From an uncultured Spirochaetota bacterium (GTDB lineage: Bacteria > Spirochaetota > Spirochaetia > SZUA-6 > Fen-1364), in contig CAVTHO010000006.1 in NCBI GenBank assembly GCA_963734545.1, forward strand, positions 224,001 through 288,000: a stretch of DNA of 64,000 nt, given 5' to 3'. The notes beneath the pieces are model-generated. The model was not told the DNA's origin, did no database searches, and worked only from the letters and a program-made list of their open reading frames with translations. Positions 1 to 10,778 of this stretch are shown here, piece after piece. The position numbers were made by a program, and so were the translations under genes. The stretch's first letter is position 1; each line of letters opens with the position of its first letter.

Positions 1-1491
1 GCGAGATCGAGGTGCACGCGTCAAGGATCGTTATCCTCAGCCGCTGCGACGTGCTTCCCTTCATGATCGATGAAAAGGCGGACGCGCGCGAGGACACACG
101 ATTCAAGTACCGCTACCTGGACCTCCGCACCGGTGCCATGCAGCGCAATATCGCGCTTCGCCACAGGGCGGCGCTCGCCACCCGCGAGTACCTTTCCGCC
201 CGCGGCTTCTTCGAGATCGAGACGCCGATGTTCATCAAGTCCACACCCGAAGGCGCCCGGGACTACCTGGTTCCTTCCCGTCTGAACCCGGGAAAGTTCT
301 ACGCTCTCCCGCAGTCTCCCCAGCTCTACAAGCAGATCCTCATGGTCTCGGGCTTCGACAGGTACTTCCAGATTGCGCGCTGCTTCCGGGACGAGGACGC
401 GCGCGGGGACCGGCAGCCCGAGTTCACCCAGATCGACATCGAGATGAGCTTCGTGTCGCGCGAAGACGTGTTCGAGCTGGTCGAGGGGCTCTTCCTGAAC
501 ATTTTCACGAAATCCATCGGCCGGGAAATCACCGTTCCCTTCCCGCGCATTTCGTACGACGACGCGATGAATCTCTACGGATCGGACAAGCCCGATCTTC
601 GATTCGATCTGAAGATGCAGGATTTCGGGGCCTTTGCCAAGCAGGGCGGATTCGAGGTCTTCAAGAAGGTCATGGAAGGCGGCGGTGTCGTGAAGGCGCT
701 CGTTGCCCCCGGCTGCGGGGAGTACTCGCGCAAGCAGATCACGGACCTGGAGGCGGTGGCCAAGGTGTACGGGGCCGCCGGTCTTGCGTGGATGAAGGTG
801 ACGGATGCGGGGCTGGAAGGCGGCATTTCCAAGTTCTATGGGGAACAGGCCGCGGCAATCCGCACGGCGCTCGGGGCCCGGCCGGGAGACTTGGTCCTCA
901 TGGTGGGGGCGGACTTCCGCAAGGCCTGCCTCTCCCTCGGCGCGGTGCGCGTACAGCTCGGCAAGGACCTGAAGCTCGCCGAATCCGGCGACTTCAAGTT
1001 CTGCTGGATCATCGACTTCCCCTTGTTCGAGTGGAACGAGGAGGGCAGGAAGTGGGACCCGGCGCACCACATGTTTACGATGCCCCAGGAGAGGTTCCTG
1101 GCGGACTTCGAGAAGAGGCCCGCGGAAGTAAAGGGCGACCTGTACGACCTGGTGTGCAACGGGGTGGAGCTCGCGTCGGGCTCCATCAGGATCCACGACC
1201 CCGAGCTGCAGAAGCGCATCTTCAGGTTCCTCGGCATCTCCGACGAGCAGGCGCGAGCAGCGCTTCGGCTTTCTGCTGGAGGCCTTCCGCTACGGGCCGC
1301 CCCCGCACGGGGGCATCGCGCCCGGGTTCGATCGTCTCGTTGCCATGATGGCGGGTGAGTCCACGATCCGCGAGGTCATCCCGTTCCCGAAGAACACCCT
1401 CGGCCAGTGCCCCATGGATGACTCACCCTCGGCAGTGGACCCGAAACAGCTCGAGGAGCTGCACATCCGGATCATCGAAAAGAAGGAGTAA
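1..1491 (+). CDS. aspS: Aspartate--tRNA ligase (5'-truncated by window edge; one frameshift near 1255-1265)
   Basis: Motifs [31 protein letters not shown] and [21 protein letters not shown], plus a GAD insert. The C-terminus ([26 protein letters not shown]...VIPFPK) continues in another frame to TAA at 1489-1491. Confidence 0.95.
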
Positions 1492-1517
1492 GAGGCCGGG
1501 CCCCGGCAGACGGGACG

Positions 1518-2267
1518 TCAGCCCGGCGCGTTACTCTTTTTCAGTATCTCCACGACGACCTGCGCAATGACGTCTATGAGGGCCGGGTCCACGTCCTCCA
1601 GGACGGGCCTTGACCTGCCCCATCCCTGCTGCTCACGGACCTTGTACAGCTCGGAGACTTCGCTCGTGCTCAGGGGCTTGGGCTCCCCGAGGATGCGCGT
1701 GACGAGCCGCACCCGGGCGTACATCTCGAGCACTTCCATGCGGTAGTAGGCCTGCATCACGTCCGCGCCGACGGTGAGCGCCCCGTGATTGGACAGGAGC
1801 AGCGCCTCGCAGTCGGGAATCTCCTTGACCACGGCGTCCGGTATCTCCTGCGTGGTGGGGGTGCCGTATTCGGCGAATCCTATCTTCCCGAGCCCGAAGA
1901 CCACCTCGGGGAGTATCACGTCCTGGTCGAGCCGGATGCGGCACGCGGCAAATCCGGTGGCTGCCGGAGGGTGGGCGTGCACGATGGCCAGCACGTCCGG
2001 TCTTGCCCCGTACACGGCGAGGTGCATCCTGGTTTCCGAGCTGGGCTTGCGGTCCCCGCTGATGACACGCCCCTGCATGTCCACCTTCAGGATCTGCGCG
2101 GGGGTGACATCGCCTTTGTTCATACTTGTCGGAGTGATGAGCAGCTCGTCCCTGGAGAGCCGCACGCTTATGTTGCCGTCATTCGAGGCAACGAAGAACC
2201 TTTCGCAGAGCCGCCTGCCGGCCTCCACGATCTGACGTCTGGCTTCCTCTTCCTGCATGCCGGGCAT
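1518..2267 (-). CDS. Class II aldolase/adducin family (L-fuculose-1-phosphate aldolase-like)
   Basis: Motifs DGNISVR, ITPT, KPSSE..MHLAVY, IVHAHPP and LLSNHGAL (Zn-binding His residues). The start may be the ATG at 2258. Confidence 0.9.
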   Translation of the reverse strand: MPGMQEEEARRQIVEAGRRLCERFFVASNDGNISVRLSRDELLITPTSMNKGDVTPAQILKVDMQGRVISGDRKPSSETRMHLAVYGARPDVLAIVHAHPPAATGFAACRIRLDQDVILPEVVFGLGKIGFAEYGTPTTQEIPDAVVKEIPDCEALLLSNHGALTVGADVMQAYYRMEVLEMYARVRLVTRILGEPKPLSTSEVSELYKVREQQGWGRSRPVLEDVDPALIDVIAQVVVEILKKSNAPG

Positions 2268-2359
2268 TGTACCAGAAAAGTGGCCCGCGATCCTCCGGCG
2301 GCGTCAGGCGGTTGCGCCTGGCAGCCCCTCCCAGTAGTGGAGTAGATCACGGGCCGAAA

Positions 2360-2490
2360 GATTGTTACTTAATTATCAATTAGTAGAGATAGTTGACCAT
2401 AAAATTACATTTGTCAAGTTATTATTGCAATTTTATTATCACTATTTGTATGAAAATGTTGATTTTTCTCATCTATTGAGATATTCTACC
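2360..2490. promoter_or_regulatory. AT-rich divergent promoter region between the aldolase and the DeoR gene
   Basis: Strongly AT-rich island in GC-rich DNA. It contains the inverted pair TTGAC (2393-2397) / GTCAA (2413-2417), consistent with opposite-strand -35 elements or an operator. Confidence 0.6.
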
Positions 2491-2512
2491 CGGGCCCAGG
2501 AAACAACGGCAA

Positions 2513-3277
2513 ATGCCTACGAGCAAAAGACGGGAGCGGCTTTCCCAGATACTCGGGATGCTCGAGCAGACGCGCGGCGCCACCATCGGGGATCTTTCCG
2601 AAAGGCTCGGCGTGTCCGAGATGACGATCAGGCGTGACCTCGAGCTGCTCACGAGCGACAACAAGGCAACATTGGTGCGCGCCGGCGCAATTCCCGCGAC
2701 GCACGCCGGCTATGCCCTGTCAGATCCACGGGCCGCCGGGGCGTCGGAGAAGATGCGAATAGGCAGGAAGGCGGCATCTCTTGTGGAAAAGAACGATGTC
2801 GTGATCATCGACTCGGGGTCCACCACGGAATGGCTTGCACGGAGCCTTCCACCGGACCTGCCCGTGACGATACTGTGTTTTGCGCTGAACATCCTGCTGG
2901 GGGCCGGCAGGGGCAGGGAGCGTGCGATTGTGCTGGCAGGGGGAGTCATGCAGCAGGACAGGCTGGTCTTTACGAGCCCGGAGGGGGTCGACCTTGTCCG
3001 CCGCTATCGGGCCCACAAGGCTTTTCTCTCCGCCGACGGCGCGAACCTCTCTCTCGGCGTGACCTGCGCGGACGGAGCCGAGGCGGAGCTGAAGAAGGCC
3101 GCCATGGCCTCCTCCCAGTCGCGCATCCTTCTGGCGGATTCCCGCAAGCTCGGCAGGGTGAGCCCCTCGTGGTTCGCGAACCTGAAGGATTTCGACGCGG
3201 TCATCACGGACACGGGCATCACCCTCGAATACGTGGAGATCTTCCGCACGCTGGGCGTCGCGCTGCACGTGGTCTGA
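2513..3277 (+). CDS. DeoR/GlpR family transcriptional regulator
   Basis: HTH motif LGVSEMTIRRDL. DeoRC domain motifs IIDSGSTT and ILLADSRK. Confidence 0.93.
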   Translation: MPTSKRRERLSQILGMLEQTRGATIGDLSERLGVSEMTIRRDLELLTSDNKATLVRAGAIPATHAGYALSDPRAAGASEKMRIGRKAASLVEKNDVVIIDSGSTTEWLARSLPPDLPVTILCFALNILLGAGRGRERAIVLAGGVMQQDRLVFTSPEGVDLVRRYRAHKAFLSADGANLSLGVTCADGAEAELKKAAMASSQSRILLADSRKLGRVSPSWFANLKDFDAVITDTGITLEYVEIFRTLGVALHVV

Positions 3278-3294
3278 GCGCGCGGCACCGGGGG

Positions 3295-4290
3295 TCAGCC
3301 TTTCAGGGCGGCATGGATGACCTGCGCCTGCACGCGGAGGTCCTCTGTCTCCTTGGTCCAGAACGCCTCGCTTCCCCATTCGGGAAAGCTCTCACGGAAC
3401 CAGTAATCCGCCCGCTGGCGCGCCCGCCAGGCCAGGAAGTAGATCATGCGCATGAATCGAAGAGGCTCGATCAGCGTCAGCGTCTCCCGATCGAAGGGGG
3501 CGAACTGTTCGTAGCCCTCCAGCAGCAGCGCGAGCTCCCGCCTGCTTTCCGAGGCGTAGCCGGGCAGCACGAGCCAGATGTCCTGCACCGGCGGTCCCAT
3601 CATCATGTCGTCGAAATCGATGAGCACGAGGCCCTGTCCGGCCCGGTCGATGATGTTGCCGCGGTGGCAGTCGCCGTGAATCCTGCGCAGGGCCAGGCCG
3701 TCGAACAGGGGAGCGGCGGCCTGGAGCGTGGCATCGCAGACGGCCTTGAACTCGTCCCGGCATTCCGGATGCACCAGCTCGTCGGCAAGGAGCTCCTCCA
3801 CGAAGCCTGCCGTGAGTCCCTGCGGCGTGCAGACCGCGCGCTGCGAGGCGGGCCTGCGGGCCGCGGCGACATGGCACCTTCCCAGGAGCGCCCCGAGCCG
3901 GCGCAGGTCCTCGTCGGACTCCGGCTCGTAGGTGCGGCCGCCGGTTCTCGGAAACAGCGCGAAGAGGAACGACTGCCCGTCCGGCTGGTCCGGCTTCGTT
4001 TCCCGGAGAGTGCCGCCGTCGGCGGCAGGCAGAGGCGCGATGACAGGGACCTCTGCCTCCGCGCAGTCGAGCAGGAACCGGTGCTCGTCGAGAACGCCAT
4101 CCCGGCTCCAGCGCCCGGGACGATAGAACTTTGCCACGTAACGAGCGCCGTCCTCCCCGCGTATTCCGTACACGCGGTTGACATAGCTGGGATATGCCTC
4201 CAGGGTGCCGTCCAGTGGGAGGGCATACGCGTCTTCCACCGCGCGCACCACGGCACCGGGGGAAAGCGACTCGAACGAGCCCGCGACCAT
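3295..4290 (-). CDS. srkA: Ser/Thr protein kinase, SrkA/RdoA (YihE) family
   Basis: Motifs SYVNRVY, VAKFYRPGRWS, IHGDCHRGN, IDFDD, GPPVQDIW and IEPLRFMRMIYFLAW. ATG at 4290 preceded by GGAGG. Confidence 0.88.
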   Translation of the reverse strand: MVAGSFESLSPGAVVRAVEDAYALPLDGTLEAYPSYVNRVYGIRGEDGARYVAKFYRPGRWSRDGVLDEHRFLLDCAEAEVPVIAPLPAADGGTLRETKPDQPDGQSFLFALFPRTGGRTYEPESDEDLRRLGALLGRCHVAAARRPASQRAVCTPQGLTAGFVEELLADELVHPECRDEFKAVCDATLQAAAPLFDGLALRRIHGDCHRGNIIDRAGQGLVLIDFDDMMMGPPVQDIWLVLPGYASESRRELALLLEGYEQFAPFDRETLTLIEPLRFMRMIYFLAWRARQRADYWFRESFPEWGSEAFWTKETEDLRVQAQVIHAALKG

Positions 4291-4413
4291 CTCTGCCTCC
4301 CTGCGAGGGGGACTATATATGCTCGCGCACCATGAGGATAGGCCGGCAAATCCATCGGCTGCGGTGGCGGGGCCCTTGCATATCCGTCGATATTCTGCCA
4401 GAACGTGTGGACC

Positions 4414-6048
4414 GTGATTACCGTCAGCAATCTCGTTCTCTCCTTCGGCAGCCGCTTCCTTTTCAAGGACGTCAATCTCAAGTTCACTCCGGGCAACTGT
4501 TACGGGATCATAGGGGCGAACGGGTCCGGCAAATCCTCGTTTCTCAAGATCCTTTCCGGCGAGCTCGAACCGGACAAGGGCGAAATCAGCGTGGGAGCGG
4601 GCAAGCGGATGTCCGTCCTGAGCCAGGACCATTTCGCCTTCGAGGAATACAAGGTACGGGACACCGTCATCATGGGGTCCCCGCGGCTCCATGCCGTCGG
4701 GCAGGAGAGGGAGGCGCTGTACGCGAAAGCGGATTTCACCGACGCGGACGGCATGCGCGCGAGCGAGCTGGAAGCGGAGTTCGGCGAGCTGGGCGGCTGG
4801 GAGGCGGAGGCCCAGGCCGCGACCCTCATGGCAGGGCTGGGCGTGCCGGAAGCTTTTCACCAAAAGCTCATGCAGGAGGTGGACGAAGGGGTCAAGGTGC
4901 GTGTGCTCCTTGCCCAGGCGCTTTTCGGGAACCCCGACATCCTACTCCTGGACGAGCCCACCAACGGTCTGGACCTCGCCTCGATCTCCTGGCTGGAAGA
5001 GTTCCTCATCGAGTTCCCCAACATCGTCATTGTCGTCTCGCATGACCGGCATTTCCTCAACGCGGTCTGCACCCACATCTGCGACATAGACTTCGGGCAG
5101 GTGCGCATGTATGCCGGCAACTACGACTTCTGGTTCCGCATCAACCAGATCCTCGCCCTGCAGCAGAAGGACGAAAGGAAGAGGCGGGAGGAAAAGGTCA
5201 AGGATCTCAAGGAGTTCATCATGCGCTTTGCGGCGAATGTCTCCAAGAGCAGGCAGGCCACCTCGCGCAAGAAGATCCTTGAAAAGCTCGAAGTGGATGA
5301 CTATGTGCCCTCCAGCCGGCGTTTTCCCTATGTGGCCTTCAAGCCCGCCCGCGATGTGGGCAACAATGTCCTGGCGGTTGCCGGTCTTTCGAAGACACTC
5401 GAGGGCAAGCCGGTGCTGGCCGCCCTGGACCTTACAGTCAACAAAGGGGACAAGATCGCCTTTGTCGGCCACGAGCACCTTGCCAAGACGGCGCTTTTCC
5501 GGATCATCGCCGGGGAGGAAAAACCCGACGCGGGCACCTTTGCCTGGGGCCAGACCATCGCCTGGTCGTATTTTCCCCGGGAAAACGCGGCACTGTTCGA
5601 CTCGGATCTCTCGCTCCTGAACTGGCTCGCGCAGTACAGCAACAGTGACGACGCGACATTCCTCCGCTCGTTCCTCGGCCGCATGCTTTTCTCCGGCGAC
5701 GAGGCGCTGAAGCCCGTGCGGGTTCTCTCCGGCGGCGAGCGGGTGCGGTGCGTGCTGGCCCGGCTCATGCTTTCCGGGGCAAACTGCCTGATTCTCGACG
5801 AGCCGACGAACCATCTCGACCTGGAAGCCATCGAGGCGCTCAACGACGGTCTGGTCGACTTCACCGGCGTGATGCTCTTCACCAGTCATGACCATCAGTT
5901 CGTCACGTCGATCGCGAACCGGATCATCGAGATCTGCCCGGGCGGCGTCATCGATCGGCGCATGAGTTTCGACGACTACCTGGAGGACAAGAAGATCTCC
6001 GCGCTTCGCGACAGCTACTACCATGGACACGTCATCGCCGAGATCTGA
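4414..6048 (+). CDS. ABC-F family ATP-binding protein (YbiT/YkpA-like)
   Basis: Two NBDs with no TM segments: GANGSGKS, LLLDEPTN, LSGGE, LILDEPTNHLD, and an inter-domain linker (KSRQATSRKK). Confidence 0.9.
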   Translation: MITVSNLVLSFGSRFLFKDVNLKFTPGNCYGIIGANGSGKSSFLKILSGELEPDKGEISVGAGKRMSVLSQDHFAFEEYKVRDTVIMGSPRLHAVGQEREALYAKADFTDADGMRASELEAEFGELGGWEAEAQAATLMAGLGVPEAFHQKLMQEVDEGVKVRVLLAQALFGNPDILLLDEPTNGLDLASISWLEEFLIEFPNIVIVVSHDRHFLNAVCTHICDIDFGQVRMYAGNYDFWFRINQILALQQKDERKRREEKVKDLKEFIMRFAANVSKSRQATSRKKILEKLEVDDYVPSSRRFPYVAFKPARDVGNNVLAVAGLSKTLEGKPVLAALDLTVNKGDKIAFVGHEHLAKTALFRIIAGEEKPDAGTFAWGQTIAWSYFPRENAALFDSDLSLLNWLAQYSNSDDATFLRSFLGRMLFSGDEALKPVRVLSGGERVRCVLARLMLSGANCLILDEPTNHLDLEAIEALNDGLVDFTGVMLFTSHDHQFVTSIANRIIEICPGGVIDRRMSFDDYLEDKKISALRDSYYHGHVIAEI

Positions 6049-6076
6049 GCCGGCCCTTCCGGCGCGTGAGGGACGC

Positions 6077-6946
6077 GTGAACCTGTCGAAACCAGTCACG
6101 GAAATCATCCCGCGGCGCTTTTCCTGCCGGACGTACCGCGAGGCTCCCCTCGAGGAGGCGCAGCGCAGGACGCTCGCTGATGCGGCGGAAGCCATGCGCG
6201 AAGGCCCGCGGGGCACGCCGGTGCGTTTTCGACTGATCGCTTCGACCGGGGAAGACGCCGAGGCGCTCCGAGGCCTGGGGACCTACGGATTCGTCAGGGG
6301 CGCGAGCGGGTTCATCGTCGGGGCAGCGGCCGCGGGTGACGCCTGGCTCGAGGACTACGGCCACGCCTTGGAAATGCTCGTCCTGCTCGCAACAGATCTC
6401 GGCCTCGGCACCTGCTGGCTCGGCGGCTCGTTCACCCGCAGCTCCTTCTCCCGCGCCATTGAAGCCAGGGACCCGGAGCGCGTGCCCGCAGTGGCGGCGC
6501 TCGGCGTGATGCCGGATCTGGATGCCGCCCGTAATGGCATTGTGCGCCGCCGGGTGGGCGGGGCCCGGCGGCTTCCGTGGGAGAGCATTTTCTTCGACGG
6601 AAAATTCGGATTACCTTTGACACCGGAGGCCGCGGGCCCATTTGCCCCGACACTGGAGATGGTGCGCCTTGCCCCGTCGGCATCCAACAAGCAGCCGTGG
6701 CGGATCGTCCGGGAGGCGAACGACTGGCATTTCTTTCTCCAGCGGACTCCGGGATATACCGGGGGTCTGGCCGGCAGACTCCTCAGGCTGGAGGACATCC
6801 AGCGCGTGGATATGGGCATTGCGATGTGTCACTTCGAGCTTGCCGCGCGGGAGCTCGGTCTTCCCGGGGCCTGGGCGGTCCGCGCGCCGCGCATCGAGCT
6901 GCCGGGTCCGCTCGTCGAATACAGCGTGACCTGGGCGATGAAATAA
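6077..6946 (+). CDS. Nitroreductase family protein (two-domain, TM1586-like)
   Basis: Motifs RFSCRTY, LGLGTCWLGG, LAPSASNKQPWR and VDMGIAMCHF. Confidence 0.85.
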   Translation: MNLSKPVTEIIPRRFSCRTYREAPLEEAQRRTLADAAEAMREGPRGTPVRFRLIASTGEDAEALRGLGTYGFVRGASGFIVGAAAAGDAWLEDYGHALEMLVLLATDLGLGTCWLGGSFTRSSFSRAIEARDPERVPAVAALGVMPDLDAARNGIVRRRVGGARRLPWESIFFDGKFGLPLTPEAAGPFAPTLEMVRLAPSASNKQPWRIVREANDWHFFLQRTPGYTGGLAGRLLRLEDIQRVDMGIAMCHFELAARELGLPGAWAVRAPRIELPGPLVEYSVTWAMK

Positions 6947-6981
6947 CGGCGCTTCGAGAACGTCCCTGAGGAATAACAGAT

Positions 6982-7057
6982 AATGTCACGGAGTACGGGA
7001 GTACCCGTTCGGCGAGTACGCCGTACCGTGACCGCGAATGTCACGGAGAACCGTGAC
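6982..7057 (+). repeat. REP-like hairpin doublet; the first copy carries a nested 26-bp module
   Basis: AATGTCACGGA-GTAC-[GGGAGTACCCGTTCGGCGAGTACGCC]-GTAC-CGTGAC, followed by an empty copy AATGTCACGGAGAACCGTGAC. Confidence 0.85.
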
Positions 7058-7069
7058 TGGGGAGTCTGC

Positions 7070-8797
7070 ATGCTGAAGCTTTTCAGGAATCTCAAACCCT
7101 ATACTTTTCCCGTTGCGCTCGTGGCGCTCCTTGTCGCCACCCAGACGATCACCGAGCTGTACCTGCCCACCCTGATGGCGGACATCGTGGACATGGGCAT
7201 CGTGAAAGGGGACACCCCGTATATCCTGAGAACAGGGGGCCTCATGCTGCTGGTGGCCATGGGGGGAATGGTGTGCGCGCTCGTTGCCGCGCTGTTCTCC
7301 GCGCAGGCAAGCATGGGGTTCGGCCGGGATCTTCGGAAAAAGATCTTTGCCCGGGTGGAGCAGTTCTCCCTGCACGAGTTCGACATCATCGGCACGCCTT
7401 CCCTGATCACCCGGACCACGAACGACATCACCCAGGTGCAGATGTTCACCATGATGCTGATGCGGATGATGATCATGGCCCCCCTCATGGCGGTCGGCGG
7501 CGTCATCATGGCGCTGCAAAAGGATGCGAAGCTGACATGGGTGCTCGTCGTGGTGATCCCCATCCTCGCCGCCCTGATCCTCCTCATTGCGGGCAGGGCA
7601 ATGCCGATGTTCAAGGCCATCCAGGCAAAGATCGACAGGATCAATCAGGTGCTGCGCGAAGGCCTCACCGGCGTGCGTGTCATCCGGGCCTTCAACCGCG
7701 TGGACCATGAAAAGAGGCGCTTCGACGCTGCGAATCTCGACCTTACCGACACCTCGATCAAGGTCAACAAGCTGATGGCGTTCATGATGCCGGCCATGAT
7801 GCTGCTCATGAACCTCACGGCGATTGCCATCATCTGGTTCGGCGCAAAGAGGATCGAGATCGGGGAAATGCAGATCGGCAGTCTCATGGCGTTCATCCAG
7901 TACGCCATGCAGATCCTCTTTTCCCTCCTCATGGTCTCCCTGCTCTTCATCATGCTGCCCCGCGCCTCCGCCTCGGCGGGCAGGATCAACGAGGTCCTTG
8001 CCATGACGCCGGGGATCAAGGATGTCGATACCCCCCGGAAAGCGGACAGGGAGCATGGATACATCGAGTTCAGGAACGTCACCTTCAGCTATCCGGGGGC
8101 GGAGGAACCCGCCATACGGGATGTCTCCTTCAGCGCCACACCGGGCGAAGTGACCGCGATCATCGGGGGAACCGGCGCCGGCAAGTCGACCCTCGTGAAC
8201 CTCATTCCACGGTTCTACGACGTGGCGTCGGGGAGCATCCTCGTGGACGACGTGGACATCCGCGAGATGGCGCAGGACGATCTCCGACAGAGGCTCGGTT
8301 TCGTTCCGCAGAAAGCGGTGCTGTTCAACGACACGATCGCCAGCAACATACGCTACGGCAGGGAGGATGCCACTGACGCGGAAGTGGCGCACGCCGCGGA
8401 AACCGCCCAGGCGCTGGACTTCATCCTCGCAATGCCGGACGGCTTCCAGTCTGTCATCGCGCAGGGAGGGACGAACGTGTCCGGCGGACAGAGGCAGCGG
8501 CTGGCAATCGCCCGTGCCCTGGTGAGGAGACCGGAGATTTACATCTTCGACGACACCTTCTCGGCGCTGGATTTCAAGACGGACGCGAAGCTGCGCGCCG
8601 CGCTCCGGAGGGAGACCGGGGATTCGACGGTGATCATCGTTGCGCAGCGGGTCAACACGGTCATGGACGCGGACAGGATCATCGTGGTGGACGATGGGCG
8701 CGTGGTGGGCATGGGCACGCACCGGGAGCTGATCGGCACATGCGAGGTCTACCGTGAAATCGTCTCCTCGCAGCTTTCCGAGGAGGAGCTGGCATGA
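7070..8797 (+). CDS. Heterodimeric ABC exporter subunit A (TMD+NBD, degenerate catalytic residues)
   Basis: TM domain followed by GGTGAGKS and VSGGQ. Walker B is IFDD and the switch is AQR, both non-canonical, as in TM287/EfrA-type exporters. Confidence 0.9.
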   Translation: MLKLFRNLKPYTFPVALVALLVATQTITELYLPTLMADIVDMGIVKGDTPYILRTGGLMLLVAMGGMVCALVAALFSAQASMGFGRDLRKKIFARVEQFSLHEFDIIGTPSLITRTTNDITQVQMFTMMLMRMMIMAPLMAVGGVIMALQKDAKLTWVLVVVIPILAALILLIAGRAMPMFKAIQAKIDRINQVLREGLTGVRVIRAFNRVDHEKRRFDAANLDLTDTSIKVNKLMAFMMPAMMLLMNLTAIAIIWFGAKRIEIGEMQIGSLMAFIQYAMQILFSLLMVSLLFIMLPRASASAGRINEVLAMTPGIKDVDTPRKADREHGYIEFRNVTFSYPGAEEPAIRDVSFSATPGEVTAIIGGTGAGKSTLVNLIPRFYDVASGSILVDDVDIREMAQDDLRQRLGFVPQKAVLFNDTIASNIRYGREDATDAEVAHAAETAQALDFILAMPDGFQSVIAQGGTNVSGGQRQRLAIARALVRRPEIYIFDDTFSALDFKTDAKLRAALRRETGDSTVIIVAQRVNTVMDADRIIVVDDGRVVGMGTHRELIGTCEVYREIVSSQLSEEELA

Positions 8798-10731
8798 GCG
8801 ACGGCCGCGGAATCGGGCAGAGACAGCCGGCCGGTGCAGGCGCGCCCGGCACACGGCCGCCTGGGCCGGGAGGTCATGGAAGGGGAGGCCCGATGGGGGG
8901 CGGACCCATGGCGGGATTCGGGGTTCCGGTGGAGAAGCCCAGGAACTTCGGGGGCTCTCTGCGGAGGCTTGTTCGCTATCTCAAGCCCCGCACGGCGCCG
9001 CTCATCGCCGTGTTCCTGCTGGCCATCCTGAGCACCGTGTTCGCCATCTTCGCGCCGAAAGTAATGGGGAACGCCACGACCCGGATCTTCGAAGGAATGC
9101 TCGGCAGAATGACGCACGTACCCGGTGCCGGCATCGATTTCGGATTCATCGGAAGGACCGTCGTGCTCCTGATCGGCCTGTACACCGTGAGCGCGGTCTT
9201 CAGCTACATTCAGCAATTCATCATGGCGGGGATTGCGCAAAAAACAGTGTACGACATGCGGCGGGACGTGAACGAGAAGCTCAGCCGGCTGCCGCTGAAG
9301 TTCCACGACGGCCGCACGCATGGGGAGATCATGAGTCGTTTCACGAACGACATGGACAATATCGCCGCCACCCTGCAGCAGAGCCTCACGCAGCTCATCA
9401 CCTCGGCCGTGACGATCGTCGGGGTCATCGTCATGATGCTCACGATCAGCCCCCTGCTGACGCTCATCACGATCGTGGTTCTCCCCCTGAGCTTCATCAT
9501 GACACGGTTCATCGCGCCGCGATCCCAGAGGCATTTCAAGGAGCAGTGGAAGCACCTGGGACAGCTCAACGGCCACGTGGAGGAGATGTACACGGGACAC
9601 AGTATCGTGAAGGCATTCGGCCGCGAGCGAAAATCCATAGAGAAGTTCAATGACACGAACGAGAAGCTCTACCAGGCAAGCTGGCGTGCGCAGTTCGTCT
9701 CCGGTCTCCTGTTCCCCCTCATGACCTTCATCAACAACATCGGCTACGTGGCGGTGGCGGTGGCCGGCGGGATCATGGTCACCGGCAGGGCGATCGCCAT
9801 CGGGGACATACAGGCGTTCATCCAGTACTCGCGGCAGTTCAGCATGCCGATCGCGCAGGTGGCCAATATCGCCAATGTCCTTCAGAGCACGGTCGCCTCC
9901 GCCGAGCGCGTCTTCGAGCTGCTCGACGAGCAGGAGGAGGTGCCTGACGCTGCGGACGCCCGCGTCCTCTCCTCTGTCCGGGGGGATGTCCGGTTCGAGA
10001 ATGTGCGCTTCAGCTACAAGGAGGATGTGCCCCTCATCGAGGGAATGAATCTCGATGTCAGGCAGGGTGAGACGGTGGCCATCGTGGGGCCCACCGGGGC
10101 GGGAAAGACCACCCTGGTGAACCTCCTCATGCGCTTCTACGATATCCAGGGGGGCAGGATCACCATTGACGGCCGGGATATTCGCGAGATACGGCGCGGG
10201 AACCTGCGCTGCACGTTCGGCATGGTGCTGCAGGACACCTGGCTGTTCAACGGCACCATCCGGGACAACATCGCGTACGGGCGGGACGAGGTCAGCGACG
10301 AGGAGGTCAGGCAGGCGGCCGTCACGGCTCATGCGGACCACTTCATCCGCACCCTCCCGGACGGCTACCACACGCTGCTCAACGAGGAGGCATCCAACAT
10401 CTCCCAGGGCCAGAGGCAGCTCCTGACCATTGCCCGCGCCGTGCTCATCGATCCGGCCATTCTCATACTGGACGAGGCGACGAGCTCCGTGGACACGAGG
10501 ACCGAGGTGCTGATCCAGAAGGCGATGGCCACCCTGATGAAAGGGCGGACGAGCTTCGTCATCGCGCACCGGCTCTCCACGATCCGGGACGCGAAGCTGA
10601 TCCTCGTGATGAACCACGGCGCGATCATCGAGACCGGCACGCACAAGGAGCTCCTGGCCCGCGGCGGCTTCTACGCGGAGCTCTACAACAGCCAGTTCAC
10701 CGGGGCGACACTGGAAGAGGAGGCGGTCTAG
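8794..10731 (+). CDS. Heterodimeric ABC exporter subunit B (TMD+NBD)
   Basis: Gly/Pro-rich N-terminus. Motifs GPTGAGKT, ISQGQ, ILDEATS and IAHRLST. ATGA overlap with the upstream gene. Confidence 0.9.
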   Translation: MSDGRGIGQRQPAGAGAPGTRPPGPGGHGRGGPMGGGPMAGFGVPVEKPRNFGGSLRRLVRYLKPRTAPLIAVFLLAILSTVFAIFAPKVMGNATTRIFEGMLGRMTHVPGAGIDFGFIGRTVVLLIGLYTVSAVFSYIQQFIMAGIAQKTVYDMRRDVNEKLSRLPLKFHDGRTHGEIMSRFTNDMDNIAATLQQSLTQLITSAVTIVGVIVMMLTISPLLTLITIVVLPLSFIMTRFIAPRSQRHFKEQWKHLGQLNGHVEEMYTGHSIVKAFGRERKSIEKFNDTNEKLYQASWRAQFVSGLLFPLMTFINNIGYVAVAVAGGIMVTGRAIAIGDIQAFIQYSRQFSMPIAQVANIANVLQSTVASAERVFELLDEQEEVPDAADARVLSSVRGDVRFENVRFSYKEDVPLIEGMNLDVRQGETVAIVGPTGAGKTTLVNLLMRFYDIQGGRITIDGRDIREIRRGNLRCTFGMVLQDTWLFNGTIRDNIAYGRDEVSDEEVRQAAVTAHADHFIRTLPDGYHTLLNEEASNISQGQRQLLTIARAVLIDPAILILDEATSSVDTRTEVLIQKAMATLMKGRTSFVIAHRLSTIRDAKLILVMNHGAIIETGTHKELLARGGFYAELYNSQFTGATLEEEAV

Positions 10732-10778
10732 GCCTGCTGTTGACAGCCGGCGGGCTGCCGGGTACGTTCAGGCCATCA

